From: Candidatus Geohabitans tengchongensis
GTDB taxonomy: Bacteria > Sysuimicrobiota > Sysuimicrobiia > Sysuimicrobiales > Humicultoraceae
Length of the DNA: 64,000 nucleotides
Direction of reading: 5' to 3'
NCBI GenBank assembly: GCA_031459625.1
Contig: JAVKIH010000008.1
Span: forward strand, 1 to 64,000
The notes beneath the pieces were generated by a model. That model searched no databases. It worked only from the letters and a program-made list of their open reading frames with translations, and was not told the DNA's origin. A program made the translations under genes and the position numbers. This document shows positions 37,411 to 47,725 of this stretch, piece after piece. Every line of letters starts with the position of its first letter. Positions within the stretch are counted from its first letter, which is position 1.

Positions 37411-38157
37411 GCCCCCATCCTCTTCGTCTTTGCCTATGCCTTCAGCAGCGTCTCCTACGCCGTCTTCCCGCCGCCGGGGTTCTCCCTGCGCTGGTTCGAG
37501 CGCCTCCTGACCCAGCACGACCTGCTGCGGGCGGCGCTGAACTCCCTGCTCGTGGCGGCGGCGGCCACGGCCGGGAGTCTGGGGCTGGGGACCCTGGCCG
37601 CCCTGGGACTGGTGCGCTACCGCTTCGCCGGCCGGGAGGTGCTGCGCGCGGTCTTCCTGGCGCCGCTCATCGTGCCGCGGATCGCCTTCGGCGTAGCCAT
37701 CATGGTCTACATGATCCTCCTGCGCCGCTTCGGCGGGCTGGACAGCCTCGTCCTGGCCCACCTGATGGTGACGCTGCCGTTCGCCATCTCGATCCTCTCG
37801 GCCAGCCTGGTGAGCGCGGAGCGGGTCCTGGAGGAAGCGGCCATGGACCTGGGAGTGACGCCGCTGCAGACCTTCCTGCGGGTGACGCTGCCGCAGATCC
37901 GCACGGGGCTGGCCGTCAGCGCCTTCTTCGCCTTCATCATCTCCTGGGACCAGGTGGAGACCTCGCTCTTCCTCGTGAAGACCGACAACGTCACGCTGCC
38001 GGTGGCCATGTTCTACTACATCCAGCGCCACCAGGACCCGGTGATCGCCGCCCTCTCCACCGTGCTGATCGCCGCGGCGGCCGTGGCCGGCGCGGCGGCG
38101 GTGGCCGCCACCGACCCCCGCGACCTCTCCCGCCTGCTGGGCGCCCGCGGGCGGTGA
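37402..38157 (+). pseudogene. PotC-like permease paralogue lacking its own start (5'-truncated)
   Basis: LAPILFVFAYAFSSVSYAVFPPPGFSLRWF parallels 36293 permease; no in-frame start before it. Confidence 0.7.
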
Positions 38158-38159
38158 GC

Positions 38160-38337
38160 CGACCCACACCGGGACCAGCAGCCGGTCCAGATCGTCCCGG
38201 TGGATCCGCACCGGCCGGCCCAGCCGGATGGCCGGAAGCCGTCCCTGCCGGACGTAGGCGTACACCGTGAGGCGGTGGAGCTGCAGGTAGGCGGCCGCCT
38301 GCCGGACCGTGAGGAGCTCGGGCAGCTCGCGACGCAT
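38160..38337 (-). CDS. Excisionase-type (HTH_17) DNA-binding protein; no nearby stop codon
   Basis: MRRELPELLTVRQAAAYLQLHRLTVYAYVRQGRLPAIRLGRPVRIHRDDLDRLL. Confidence 0.65.
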
Positions 38338-38534
38338 GCCGCCATGGTGGCAGAGCCCGCGGCGAGGATGGAGTGATGCGGCGCATCCCCGGCCGGTGAC
38401 TGCGGTCACAGCCTTCCGCGGCCGCCGCCGGGAGCGTGTTTGGCGGCGAGGGGGAGGTGGCGGCGTGGAGGGTGAAAACCCCCTTCGAGGGCGGTCTGCC
38501 CCCAGACCGCGTCCGGCATCACGGAGGAGGTCCC

Positions 38535-39521
38535 ATGGCCCGACCCAAGGTCTACGTCACGCGGCCGCTCCCCGAGCCCGCCCTGGCCCTCATCCGGGAG
38601 CGGACGGAGATGCGCCTGTGGGAGCAGGACGAGATCCCCCCGCCCCGCGACGTCCTGCTGCGCGAGGTCGCCGACGTCGACGGGCTGCTCGCCCTGCTCA
38701 CCGACCGCATCGACGAGGAGCTGCTCGCGCGCGCCCCCCGCCTGCGTGTGGTGGCCAACTATGCCGTCGGCTTCGACAACGTGGACGTGGCGGCGGCCAC
38801 GCGGCGCGGCGTCGTCGTCACGAACACCCCGGGGGTCCTCACCGAGACCGTGGCGGACTTCGCCATGGCCATGATCCTGGCGGCGGCGCGGCGCCTGGTC
38901 GAGGCCGACCGCTACACCCGCAGCAACCTGTGGCGCTCCTGGCAGCCGATGCTCTTCCTGGGGCAGGACGTGCACGGCGCCACCCTGGGGCTCGTCGGGC
39001 TGGGGCGGATCGGCAGCGCCGTGGCCCGGCGTGCCCGCGGCTTCGACATGCGCGTCCTCTACTACGACGTGGTGCGCCGGGAGGACCTGGAGCGGGAGAT
39101 GGGCATCGTCTTCCGCCCCCTGGAGGAGGTGCTGCGCGAGAGCGACTTCATCAGCATCCACACGCCGCTGACTCCCGAGACCCGCCACCTCATCGGCCGC
39201 CAGCAGCTGCGGATGATGAAGCCGACGGCGGTGCTGGTGAACACGGCCCGCGGGCCCATCGTCGACACCATGGCGCTGTACGAGGCCCTGCGCGACGGCG
39301 TCATCTGGGCGGCGGCCCTGGACGTCTTCGAGGTGGAGCCGGTCCCCCCGGACCACCCGCTGCTCACGCTCGACAACGTCACCGTCGCCCCGCACATCGC
39401 CAGCGCCTCGGTGCGGACGCGCACGCAGATGGCGCTCATGGCCGCGGAGAACCTGCTGGCGGTGCTGGAGGGGCGGCGGCCCCCCAATCCCGTCAACCCT
39501 GAGGTCCTGGAAGGACGGTAG
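38535..39521 (+). CDS. D-glycerate dehydrogenase / glyoxylate reductase
   Basis: [32 protein letters not shown]. Confidence 0.92.
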   Translation: MARPKVYVTRPLPEPALALIRERTEMRLWEQDEIPPPRDVLLREVADVDGLLALLTDRIDEELLARAPRLRVVANYAVGFDNVDVAAATRRGVVVTNTPGVLTETVADFAMAMILAAARRLVEADRYTRSNLWRSWQPMLFLGQDVHGATLGLVGLGRIGSAVARRARGFDMRVLYYDVVRREDLEREMGIVFRPLEEVLRESDFISIHTPLTPETRHLIGRQQLRMMKPTAVLVNTARGPIVDTMALYEALRDGVIWAAALDVFEVEPVPPDHPLLTLDNVTVAPHIASASVRTRTQMALMAAENLLAVLEGRRPPNPVNPEVLEGR

Positions 39522-39525
39522 GGGG

Positions 39526-40533
39526 ATGGCCCTCCTCTACCTGGGGATGGAGGACGCCGTGGTGGTCGTCCGGGAGGGGAGGTCTGGGTGGGCCGTCGAG
39601 GAGCGCCTCACCGGCCAGCCGGTCCAGGGCGTGGCGGCGGACCCGCAGGATCCTGTGCGGGTCTACGCAGCCACCGCCGAGGGGCTGTGGCGCAGCGCCG
39701 ACGGCGGCCGCACCTGGGAACGCGCGGCGGCCCCGGGACTGGACGACGTCACCGCGGTGGCGGTGGCTCCGGCCCACGACGGCGGTCCCGGCCCCGTGTA
39801 CGCCGGCACCGAGCCGAGCCGCCTCTTCCGCTCCGACGACGGCGGGGTCACCTGGCGGGAGCTGCGCGGGCTTGTGGCCCTGCCCTCGGCCCGGACCTGG
39901 AGCTTCCCGCCTCGTCCGAAGACCCACCACGTCCGCTGGATCGCCCCCGACCCGGCGCGGCCGGGGCGCCTCTACGTGGCCATCGAGGCCGGGGCCCTGG
40001 TGCACTCCGCCGACGGCGGGGAGACCTGGCACGACCGCGTCCCCGGCGGGCCCTACGACACCCACACGCTGGCCGTCCACCCCCACGCGCCCGACCGCCT
40101 CTACTCCGCGGCGGGGGACGGCTACTTCGAGAGCCTGGACGGCGGCGCGTCGTGGCGTTCACCCGAGGAGGGCCTGCGCCACGGCTACCTCTTCGGCGTC
40201 GCCGCGGATCCGGGCGATCCCGAGACCGTGGTGGTCTCGGCGGCGGCGGGACCGGGGAGTGCGTACGTGGCCGGGCGGGCGACCACCTACCTCTACCGGT
40301 GGCAGGGCCAGGGCCCGTGGGCGCTCCTCCGGGAGGGGCTGCCGGAGGCGCGCCGCACCACGATCACGGTGCTGGCCACCCACCCGCAGGCACCCGGGGT
40401 GGTCTACGCCGCCAACAACCGGGGGATCTTCCGCTCGCGCGACGGGGGAGCGCGGTGGACGGCGCTCGAGCTCCCCTGGCCGGCGCGCTTCCAGGACCAC
40501 GCCGTCCAGGGGGTGGTGGTGATCGAGCCCTAG
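39526..40533 (+). CDS. BNR/Asp-box beta-propeller protein
   Basis: Repeated S.DGG.TW. Confidence 0.85.
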   Translation: MALLYLGMEDAVVVVREGRSGWAVEERLTGQPVQGVAADPQDPVRVYAATAEGLWRSADGGRTWERAAAPGLDDVTAVAVAPAHDGGPGPVYAGTEPSRLFRSDDGGVTWRELRGLVALPSARTWSFPPRPKTHHVRWIAPDPARPGRLYVAIEAGALVHSADGGETWHDRVPGGPYDTHTLAVHPHAPDRLYSAAGDGYFESLDGGASWRSPEEGLRHGYLFGVAADPGDPETVVVSAAAGPGSAYVAGRATTYLYRWQGQGPWALLREGLPEARRTTITVLATHPQAPGVVYAANNRGIFRSRDGGARWTALELPWPARFQDHAVQGVVVIEP

Positions 40534-40682
40534 TGCGGGTGCTCCGTCTCGCCGCGGCGCGTCGCGGACCTCCCGCCGGGGGCCGGGGCCGCGGGCCCGC
40601 CGGGCGCGGCTCGCGACGGCCAGAGAGAGCGCAGGGCGCCGGAAGCTCCCGGCGCCCTGCGCGAGTCGACGGGCGACGTCCC

Positions 40683-42266
40683 CTACTGCTTGCCGATCGT
40701 CCAGGTGCGGAACTGCATGTCCGGGCTCAGCTGGATGCCGGTGACGTTCTTCTGCGCGACCGCGAAGGCCTGCAGGTTGTTCGTCCACATCGGCACCAGG
40801 ATGGCCGACTCGGCCAGCAGCCGCTGGGTCTGCTGGTAGAGCTGGGTGCGCCGAGCCCGGTCGGTGGTCTGCTTGGCCTCGGTGAGGAGCTGGCGGAACT
40901 GCTGCGCGTACTGCTTGTCCCGCGCGCTGGTGGCCTTGTTGAGGAAGGTGCCCAGGCTCTCCGGCGACTCGATGAGCCAGGGGGCCAGGAAGTTGTCGGG
41001 GTCGACGAAGTCCGGGAACCACCCCAGGAAGAACATGCCGAACTGCCCGGCGGCCATCGACTTCGTGTAGGTGGCCCACTCCTGCGTCTTGATCTCCACC
41101 GTGGCCAGGCCCGTCTCCTCGATGGCCCGCTTCACCACCGCGCCCGCGTCCGGCTCGGTGTTACCGTAGCGGACCGGGGTGAGCCACAGGGTGAGGGCGA
41201 GCTTGCGGCCGGAGCTGTAGCCGGCCTCGCGCAGCAGCGCCCGGGCCTGCTCCAGGTTGCGGCGCGGGAAGGCCTCCACGTGGCTCCACAGCCCTGGCGG
41301 CACCATGCTGTAGAGCGCAGTGTTGAGGCCGCCGAAGACGTTGCGCACGATGCGGTCGCGGTCCAGCGCCAGCGCCACGGCGCGGCGGACGCGGACGTCG
41401 TCGAAGGGTTTCACCGTGACGTTGAAGACGATGTAGCGCACCGAGAGGCTGGGGCCGCGGATGACGGTCACCCGGGGGCTCTGCTGCAGCCGCCGCAGGT
41501 CCTCCGGGTTGAAGGTGCGGAACCCGACGTCCACCTGCCCCGACTCGACGGCGGCGGCCAGGGCCGAGGCGTCGGCCAGGAAGACGGTGATGACCCGACG
41601 GCTCTTGGGGGCGGGGCCCCAGTAGCCGCGGTAGGCCTCGTAGACCGTCCGCTGGTCCGGCACGTACTGGGCCAGCCGGTACGGTCCGGTGCCGGCGAAG
41701 CGCCCCTTGGCGAACTCGTTGGCCGGGGTGGAGCGGGGGCTGAAGACGTGGGCGGGCGCCACCCCGTGGGTCATGCGCGCCAGGAAGGTGGCGTCCCGCT
41801 CGCGCAGCCGGATGCGCACCGTCGTGGCGTCGACGACCTCGACGGGCAAGCGGATGTTCTTGATCAGCCCGACGCCGCCCTCGGGGCCGTCCAGCTTGAG
41901 GGCGCGCTCCAGCGAGAACTTCACGGCCGCGGCGTCGAAGGGTGTCCCGTCGGTGAACGTCACCCCGCGGCGCAGCTTGAAGGTGTAGGTGAGCCCGTCA
42001 TCGGAGACCTGCCAGGACTCCGCCAGCTGCCCCACGATGTCCGTGGTCCCGGGTTTGAACTGCACGAGCGCCTCCGAGACCTGCGCGAAGACGTGCCAGG
42101 TCCAGTAGTCGTAGGAGTTCTCCGGAGAGAGCTCGGTGATCTTGTCGGTGGTTCCCAGGACCAGCGTGTCGCGCGGCGTGGCTGCGGGCGCCCGGGACGC
42201 CGGCGCCCCCAGGACGACCACGAGCCCCGCCACCAGCAGGACGGCACACAGGCGTGATGCGGTCAT
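40683..42266 (-). CDS. Peptide/nickel-type (family 5) ABC substrate-binding protein
   Basis: LAESWQVSDDGLTYTFKLR.GV.F.DG, GTGPY. Confidence 0.92.
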   Translation of the reverse strand: MTASRLCAVLLVAGLVVVLGAPASRAPAATPRDTLVLGTTDKITELSPENSYDYWTWHVFAQVSEALVQFKPGTTDIVGQLAESWQVSDDGLTYTFKLRRGVTFTDGTPFDAAAVKFSLERALKLDGPEGGVGLIKNIRLPVEVVDATTVRIRLRERDATFLARMTHGVAPAHVFSPRSTPANEFAKGRFAGTGPYRLAQYVPDQRTVYEAYRGYWGPAPKSRRVITVFLADASALAAAVESGQVDVGFRTFNPEDLRRLQQSPRVTVIRGPSLSVRYIVFNVTVKPFDDVRVRRAVALALDRDRIVRNVFGGLNTALYSMVPPGLWSHVEAFPRRNLEQARALLREAGYSSGRKLALTLWLTPVRYGNTEPDAGAVVKRAIEETGLATVEIKTQEWATYTKSMAAGQFGMFFLGWFPDFVDPDNFLAPWLIESPESLGTFLNKATSARDKQYAQQFRQLLTEAKQTTDRARRTQLYQQTQRLLAESAILVPMWTNNLQAFAVAQKNVTGIQLSPDMQFRTWTIGKQ

Positions 42267-42346
42267 GCCTCACCCCCCGTGGTTGGGATCGCTTCTCCCG
42301 GTAGCGATTTCAGTGTAGCGCAGGGGGCATCCTGCCGCGCAGCGAC

Positions 42347-43222
42347 CTACTCGACGGCGCGGCGCCGGCGGGGGCTGAGCCGGTCGGCCAGCCCTTCCCC
42401 CAGCATCCCGAACCCCAGGGAGAGGAGGATGATCATCAGGCCGGGGAAGGTAATGAGCCACCAGTAGCCCGCCTGCAGGAACTTCTGGCCGTTCTGGATG
42501 TCGAAGCCCCAGTCCGGCGTGGGAGGCGGCAGCCCGAAGCCCAGGAAGGCCAGCGCCGCTTCGGTGAGGATGGCGTCGGCGATGTTGAAGGAAGGGACGG
42601 TCATCACCGCGCTCAGGGTGTTGGGGGCGATGTGCCGCAGGAGCACGCGGCTGCCGGAGGCCCCCACCGCCCGCGCCGCCTCGACGAACTCCTGCTCCCG
42701 CACCACCAGCACCTGCGCCCGCGCCACCCGGAAGTAGGCCGGGACGTAGACGAAGGCGATGGCCGCCGTCATGTTGGTCAGCCCCGGGCCCAGCATGGCC
42801 ACGATGGCGATGGCCAGGATGAGGGCGGGGAAGGAGTAGATCGCGTCCATCACCAGGGAGAGGACCCGATCCAGCCCGCCGCCGGCGGCCCCGGCCACCC
42901 ACCCGAGCGCCGTCCCCGCGCTCAGCGAGATGGCCACCGAGAGCGCCGCCACCAGGAGCGGGACGCGCCCCCCGTACAGCACCCGGCTCAGCACGTCGCG
43001 CTGCAGCTGGTCCGTCCCCATGGGGTGGGCCGGCGACGGGGGCTGGAGGCGGTCCGCGCCCGTCGGGGCCGTGGGGTCGTAGGGGGCCAGGACGGGGGCG
43101 GCCAGCGTCACCAGCACCACCAGGGCGACGATGGCCGCGCCGCCCACGAGCAGGTACCCGCGGCGGACCGGGTGGCGCACGCGGCGGCCCGGGGGCACCG
43201 GCGCGCGGCGGACCCGGCGCAT
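42347..43222 (-). CDS. Peptide ABC permease (DppC-like)
   Basis: HPMGTDQLQRD, EFVEAARAVGA, PPTPDWG. Confidence 0.92.
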   Translation of the reverse strand: MRRVRRAPVPPGRRVRHPVRRGYLLVGGAAIVALVVLVTLAAPVLAPYDPTAPTGADRLQPPSPAHPMGTDQLQRDVLSRVLYGGRVPLLVAALSVAISLSAGTALGWVAGAAGGGLDRVLSLVMDAIYSFPALILAIAIVAMLGPGLTNMTAAIAFVYVPAYFRVARAQVLVVREQEFVEAARAVGASGSRVLLRHIAPNTLSAVMTVPSFNIADAILTEAALAFLGFGLPPPTPDWGFDIQNGQKFLQAGYWWLITFPGLMIILLSLGFGMLGEGLADRLSPRRRRAVE

Positions 43223-44232
43223 CAGAAGCGGATGCGCGGGTCCACCCGGGCGTAGAGGACGTCCACCGCCAGGTTGACCGCCGAGATGAACAGCGCGATG
43301 AAGACCACGGCGCCCTGGATGGCGGCGAAGTCTCGCGAGGAGATCGCCTCCAGCAGGTAGCGGGCCACCCCGGGCCAGGAGTAGACCGTCTCGGTGAGGA
43401 TGGCCCCGGCCATCAGCAGGGCGAACTGGAGCCCCACCACCGTGACGATGGGGATGAGGGCGTTGCGCAGGGCGTGGCGGCGGACCACCACCGGCTCGGG
43501 CAACCCCTTGGCCCGGGCCACGGTGACGTACTCGCGCTCCAGCACCTCCAGCATGCTCGTGCGGGTCATCCGCCCGATGAACCCCGACACGACCAGCCCG
43601 AGCGTGAGCGTCGGGAGCACCAGGTGGCGCAGGGCGCCGAGAAACAGGCGCAGGTCCCCGCGCAGCAGCGTGTCCACCGTGTAGAGGTGGGTGATCGGCT
43701 CGAAGAAGGCGGCGGCCACCGGGTCCAGGCGGCCCCCCGCCGGCAGCACCCGCCAGCGCACCGCGAAGAGCATCAGCAGCATGAGCCCGATCCAGAAGAC
43801 GGGCATGGCGAAGGAGGCGATGTTGAACAGGCGGACCAGGTGGTCGGCGGGGCGGTCGCGGCGGACCGCGGCCACGAGGCCCGTCCCCACCCCGATGGCG
43901 GTGGCGGCGAGCATGCCGAAGACCGCCAGCTCCAGCGTGGCCGGAAGGCGCAGCAGCAGCTCCTGGGTCACCGGGAGCCCGGTGCGGACGGAGGTGCCGA
44001 AGTCCAGTCGGGCCACGTCGCCGAGGTAGTCCAGGTACTGCACCGGCAGGGGGCGGTCGAGCCCGAGCTGGGCGCGGCACCGTGCCAGGGTCTCCAGGGT
44101 GACGTTGCGCCCGCCCAGCAGCGCCAGGCACGGGTCGCCCGGCAACACCCGCAGGATGACGAAGACGACCGTGAGCAGCACCAGCAGCATAGGCAGGGTG
44201 AGGGCCAGGCGGGTGAGGATGTAGCGCAGCAC
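43222..44232 (-). CDS. Peptide ABC permease (DppB-like)
   Basis: GLDRPL..QY, ARAKGL, HALRNA, DPRIR. Confidence 0.92.
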   Translation of the reverse strand: MLRYILTRLALTLPMLLVLLTVVFVILRVLPGDPCLALLGGRNVTLETLARCRAQLGLDRPLPVQYLDYLGDVARLDFGTSVRTGLPVTQELLLRLPATLELAVFGMLAATAIGVGTGLVAAVRRDRPADHLVRLFNIASFAMPVFWIGLMLLMLFAVRWRVLPAGGRLDPVAAAFFEPITHLYTVDTLLRGDLRLFLGALRHLVLPTLTLGLVVSGFIGRMTRTSMLEVLEREYVTVARAKGLPEPVVVRRHALRNALIPIVTVVGLQFALLMAGAILTETVYSWPGVARYLLEAISSRDFAAIQGAVVFIALFISAVNLAVDVLYARVDPRIRF

Positions 44233-44235
44233 CGC

Positions 44236-45054
44236 TCAGGGGTGGGGGCGCACGCCCCGGCCGGCCCAGCGCTCCAGCGCCCGCACGCCGGCCGAGCCCA
44301 CGAGCGTCATGAGCAGGTAGAGCAGCGCCACCATGTTGTAGGTCTCGAAGGCCCGGAAGGTCCGCGCGTTGAGCAGGTTGCCCGAGTAGGTGAGCTCCTG
44401 CACGGAGATCACCGAGGCCAGCGACGAGTCCTTCAGCATGGCCACGAAGTCGTTGCCCAGTGGCGGCAGGATGATGCGCAGCGCCTGCGGCAGGACGACG
44501 TAGCGCATCGTCTGCCCGTAGCTGAGCCCCAGCGAGCGGGCCGCCTCCACCTGGCCCCGCGGGATGGCCTCGATGCCCGCCCGGTAGATCTCCGCCAGGT
44601 AGGCCCCGTAGCCGATCCCCAGCGCCAGCACCGCCCGCACCACCGGGTCGCGCCACCAGCGCATCCCCGTGGCGTCGGCGATGGCCGGGGTGGCCACGAA
44701 GGCGACGTAGAGGAGGAAGACCAGCAGCGGGACCCCGCGCACCACCTCGATGTAGAGGATCGCCGGCGTGTGCAGCCAGGGGTTGCGCGAGACCCGCGCC
44801 AGCCCGGCTACGAGCCCGACCACCAGCGCCAGCGCGTAGGAAGCCAGGGAGAGGTAGAGCGTCAGGAGGACGCCCTCGGCCAGGAAGGCGAGGGTCTCGC
44901 GGTAGACCGGGGAGCCGGCGACGCGCAGTGCCACCAGGATCCCCCCGATGGCCAGCACCAGGGCCCACCAGGGGAGGCGCTCGAGCGGGAGGGGGAGGAG
45001 CCGCCCGGTCCCCGCCCGGCGGGCCTCGCTGGTCCCGACCGGGCCCAGGCTCAC
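44236..45054 (-). CDS. Polar amino acid ABC permease
   Basis: RGVPLLV, AEIYRAG, EAARSLG, KDSSL. Confidence 0.92.
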   Translation of the reverse strand: MSLGPVGTSEARRAGTGRLLPLPLERLPWWALVLAIGGILVALRVAGSPVYRETLAFLAEGVLLTLYLSLASYALALVVGLVAGLARVSRNPWLHTPAILYIEVVRGVPLLVFLLYVAFVATPAIADATGMRWWRDPVVRAVLALGIGYGAYLAEIYRAGIEAIPRGQVEAARSLGLSYGQTMRYVVLPQALRIILPPLGNDFVAMLKDSSLASVISVQELTYSGNLLNARTFRAFETYNMVALLYLLMTLVGSAGVRALERWAGRGVRPHP

Positions 45055-45115
45055 CAGGAGCGGCGAGGGGACCGGGAGGGCGCTGCCCCCGGTCCCCTGG
45101 CGCCGCCGTCCTCCC

Positions 45116-45946
45116 CTACTGCGTGGGCTTCCACTCCTCGAACCACTTCTTCTGGAGCTGGGCCAGGGTGCCGTTGGCCTTGAGCTGGTCCAGCGCGGCG
45201 TTGAAGGCGTTGCGCAGCTCCGTGTTGCCCTCGCGCACCACGATCCCCAGCTGGTCCCGCGTCAGCTTCTCCCCGACGGTCTTCAGCTTCCCGGGGTTGG
45301 TCCCCATGTACCCGAGCGCGGCCACGCTGTCGATGATCACCGCGTCCACGTCCCGGTTGAGCAGGGCCTGCACCGCCAGGTCGAAGGTGCGGTAGCGCTT
45401 GACCTCCTTGACCTTCCCCTCCTTCTGCATCTGGGTGGCCAGCTCGTCGTTGGTGGTGCCGATCTGGACGGCCACCGTCTTGTCGGCCAGGTCCTCGGCC
45501 CCGCGGATGCGCGTCTCGTCCTGGCGCACCAGGACCTGCTGCCCCACCTCGATGTAGGGCTGGGTGAAGTCGACGGTCTTGTCCCGCTCCGCGGTGATGG
45601 TGATGCCGGAGATGGCCACGTCGAAGTCGCCCTTCTGGACGCCGGCCAGCACGCCCTCCCAGGCCACGCTCTGGATCTGGGGCTTGCAGTTGGCCAGCTT
45701 GCAGATCTCGGTGATCAGGTCGACGTCGAAGCCGATGATGTTCTTGTTCGGGTCGAGCATCTCGAAGGGCGGGTAGGTAGCGTCGGTGGCGACGCGAAGC
45801 GTCCGGCCGCCCAGGTCGGGGACCTGCCCTGCCGCCGGCGAGGCCTGGCCGGGCGGAGCCTGCTGCGCTTGCCGCTGGCAGCCGGCCGCGACCAGCACGG
45901 CCACCAGCAGGGCCACCAGCACGATGCCTCGCGGAGTTCTCCTCAT
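45116..45946 (-). CDS. Polar amino acid ABC substrate-binding lipoprotein
   Basis: Lipobox AAGC; DATYPPFE, GFDVDL, ITITAER. Confidence 0.92.
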   Translation of the reverse strand: MRRTPRGIVLVALLVAVLVAAGCQRQAQQAPPGQASPAAGQVPDLGGRTLRVATDATYPPFEMLDPNKNIIGFDVDLITEICKLANCKPQIQSVAWEGVLAGVQKGDFDVAISGITITAERDKTVDFTQPYIEVGQQVLVRQDETRIRGAEDLADKTVAVQIGTTNDELATQMQKEGKVKEVKRYRTFDLAVQALLNRDVDAVIIDSVAALGYMGTNPGKLKTVGEKLTRDQLGIVVREGNTELRNAFNAALDQLKANGTLAQLQKKWFEEWKPTQ

Positions 45947-46107
45947 GGGCACCCTCCCCCCTCCGGGGCGTTCATCCTGCGCCGTCTACCAGGGACTATA
46001 ATCTAGTTTGCACGTCACCGCCGGTTTTCCTGGCGTGGGGGCGGCGCGGTCGTCCGCCGGCGAGGCCGGCCGCCGTGACACCCGCTCCTGGCAGGAGGGA
46101 GGGACCT

Positions 46108-46623
46108 GTGAGGACGCGTGACCTGGCTGCCGCCGGGATCTTCATCGCCCTGGTCTTCGTCATCACCCGGTACACGGTGATGCCCATCCCGGCGACGAAG
46201 GGCTACTTCAACCTGGGCGAGGTGGCCATCTACATCGCGGCCATCGCCTTCGGCCCGCTGGTGGGGCTGCTCGCCGGAGGCCTGGGGTCGGCGCTGGCGG
46301 ACCTGCACGCCGGGTACCAGCACTACGCCCTCTTCACGCTGATCATCAAGGGGGTGGAAGGGTACCTGGTGGGCCGCCTGGCTGGCGCCACGCTGGGGAG
46401 CCGCCTGCGGGGGCTCGTCGTGGGCGGGGCGTGGATGGTGCTGGGCTACTTCCTGGCCCAGACTGTCTTCTTCCGGTTCCTGGGCTTCGCGGACACGCGC
46501 AGCGCGGCCCTGACGGCGGCCCTCACCGAGCTGCCCTTCAACGTGGTGCAGGCGGTGGTGGGGATCGTCGTGGCCCTGCCGGTGACGCTGCGCCTGCGGG
46601 CGCTGGCGGGGCAGGCGTCCTAG
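46108..46623 (+). CDS. ECF transporter S component
   Basis: GYFNLGE, GSALADL, TLIIKG.EG, ELPFN..Q. Confidence 0.88.
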   Translation: MRTRDLAAAGIFIALVFVITRYTVMPIPATKGYFNLGEVAIYIAAIAFGPLVGLLAGGLGSALADLHAGYQHYALFTLIIKGVEGYLVGRLAGATLGSRLRGLVVGGAWMVLGYFLAQTVFFRFLGFADTRSAALTAALTELPFNVVQAVVGIVVALPVTLRLRALAGQAS

Positions 46624-46680
46624 GACGCCGGGCGGCCGACCCGCCGGCCGCGCTCGGTTCCCTCCCCGGTGTAGCTCCGG

Positions 46681-46686
46681 TATACT
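46681..46686 (+). promoter_or_regulatory. -10 box upstream of the tRNA
   Basis: TATACT 15 nt before the tRNA 5' end. Confidence 0.55.
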
Positions 46687-46701
46687 GAGGGTGTCTGCCG
46701 C

Positions 46702-46776
46702 GGGCGCTTAGCTCAGAGGTAGAGCGCCTCTCTGACGCAGAGGAGGTCGGAGGTTCAAGTCCTCCAGCGCCCACCA
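46702..46776 (+). tRNA. tRNA-Val(GAC)
   Basis: Acceptor GGGCGCT/AGCGCCC, anticodon stem CCTCT/AGAGG with loop CTGACGC, T-loop TTCAAGT, encoded CCA. Confidence 0.97.
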
Positions 46777-46789
46777 CTCGAAAATGTAG

Positions 46790-46830
46790 ACGGGACGCGG
46801 GGTTTCGCACCGCGTCCCGTTACGCTTCCT
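46790..46830 (+). terminator. Hairpin downstream of the tRNA (probable terminator)
   Basis: ACGGGACGCGG..CCGCGTCCCGT followed by a weak T-rich tail. Confidence 0.55.
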
Positions 46831-46859
46831 TCCCGCCGGAGGCCCTGACTACAGCTTAA

Positions 46860-47112
46860 TTACAGCCATTCTAAGGGAATCACCGAGTGCACGCGGCGCA
46901 GCCAGTCTTCTGCGAACTCCCCGAACCGCGCCGTCCGCGAGGCGGCAGGTTCGAGATCCCTAGGCGCGTTTGGCCTCGCGCTGCGCGAGCACCTTCCGGG
47001 CCAGGCGCCGGCCCTCGTCCCCTTCCCCGATGGTCTGTCGGATCCGCTGGCCGCTCGCCGCGATGTTGTCGATGAAGAACACGACACGGCTCCGCCACGT
47101 ACGCTTGTGCAT
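46860..47112 (-). mobile_element. Frameshifted N-terminal remnant of a tyrosine integrase
   Basis: FFIDNIAASGQRIRQTIG..ARKVLAQREA*, then in another frame RFGEFAEDWL; adjacent to the tRNA 3' end. Confidence 0.55.
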
Positions 47113-47242
47113 AAATCCCCCTCCCCGGGGTACGTCGCAGGTTCTGAGAGCGGGCCCCAGGGAGCTGAGGTACCCGCTCCGAGAAGGACAGCGATCCCCA
47201 GTCCTGTGAAGATCGCGACCAGCAGCCATACAGCGAAAACGC

Positions 47243-47701
47243 CTAGCGCGGGATCTTCCGGCGCAGCGTCAGCTCGCTGCGCCCACTGTCCTTGTCGAGG
47301 ACGACCTCGTCGACGAAGGTGCGGATGAGGAAGAAGCCCAGTCCCGGGCGGCTGAGGCTGCTCGGCCGGCCCGGCGGGGGCAGCTCCCAGGCCAGGTGGC
47401 GGCTCGTGGTGCGGCACTCGAAGACGCCGCGGCGCACGCGGTGCTGCACCCGCACCAGGTCCTCCTGGCGGCTGGGGGAGCCGTGGGTGGCGGCATTCGC
47501 GACCGCCTCGTGGACGGCCATCGCCAGGTCCCAGGCGGCCTGCTCGGCGAAGCCGGCCTCCCGCGCCCGTCGGTAGATCTCGGCCCGGATGGCCTGAAAG
47601 GGGACCTGCCCGGCCACGTCCTCGAAGATGGTCGTCCATTCGTTGTCGGAGCCAACGGAGGGGTGGGAGTGCGTCGGCGTGCCGTTGGCGGGACCTTCCA
47701 C
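47243..47701 (-). CDS. Anti-sigma factor / Ser kinase (RsbW-like)
   Basis: AVHEAVANAATHG, GLGFFLI..FVDEV. Confidence 0.8.
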   Translation of the reverse strand: MEGPANGTPTHSHPSVGSDNEWTTIFEDVAGQVPFQAIRAEIYRRAREAGFAEQAAWDLAMAVHEAVANAATHGSPSRQEDLVRVQHRVRRGVFECRTTSRHLAWELPPPGRPSSLSRPGLGFFLIRTFVDEVVLDKDSGRSELTLRRKIPR

Positions 47702-47725
47702 CAGCGCCTCCTCCTGGCCCGGGGG

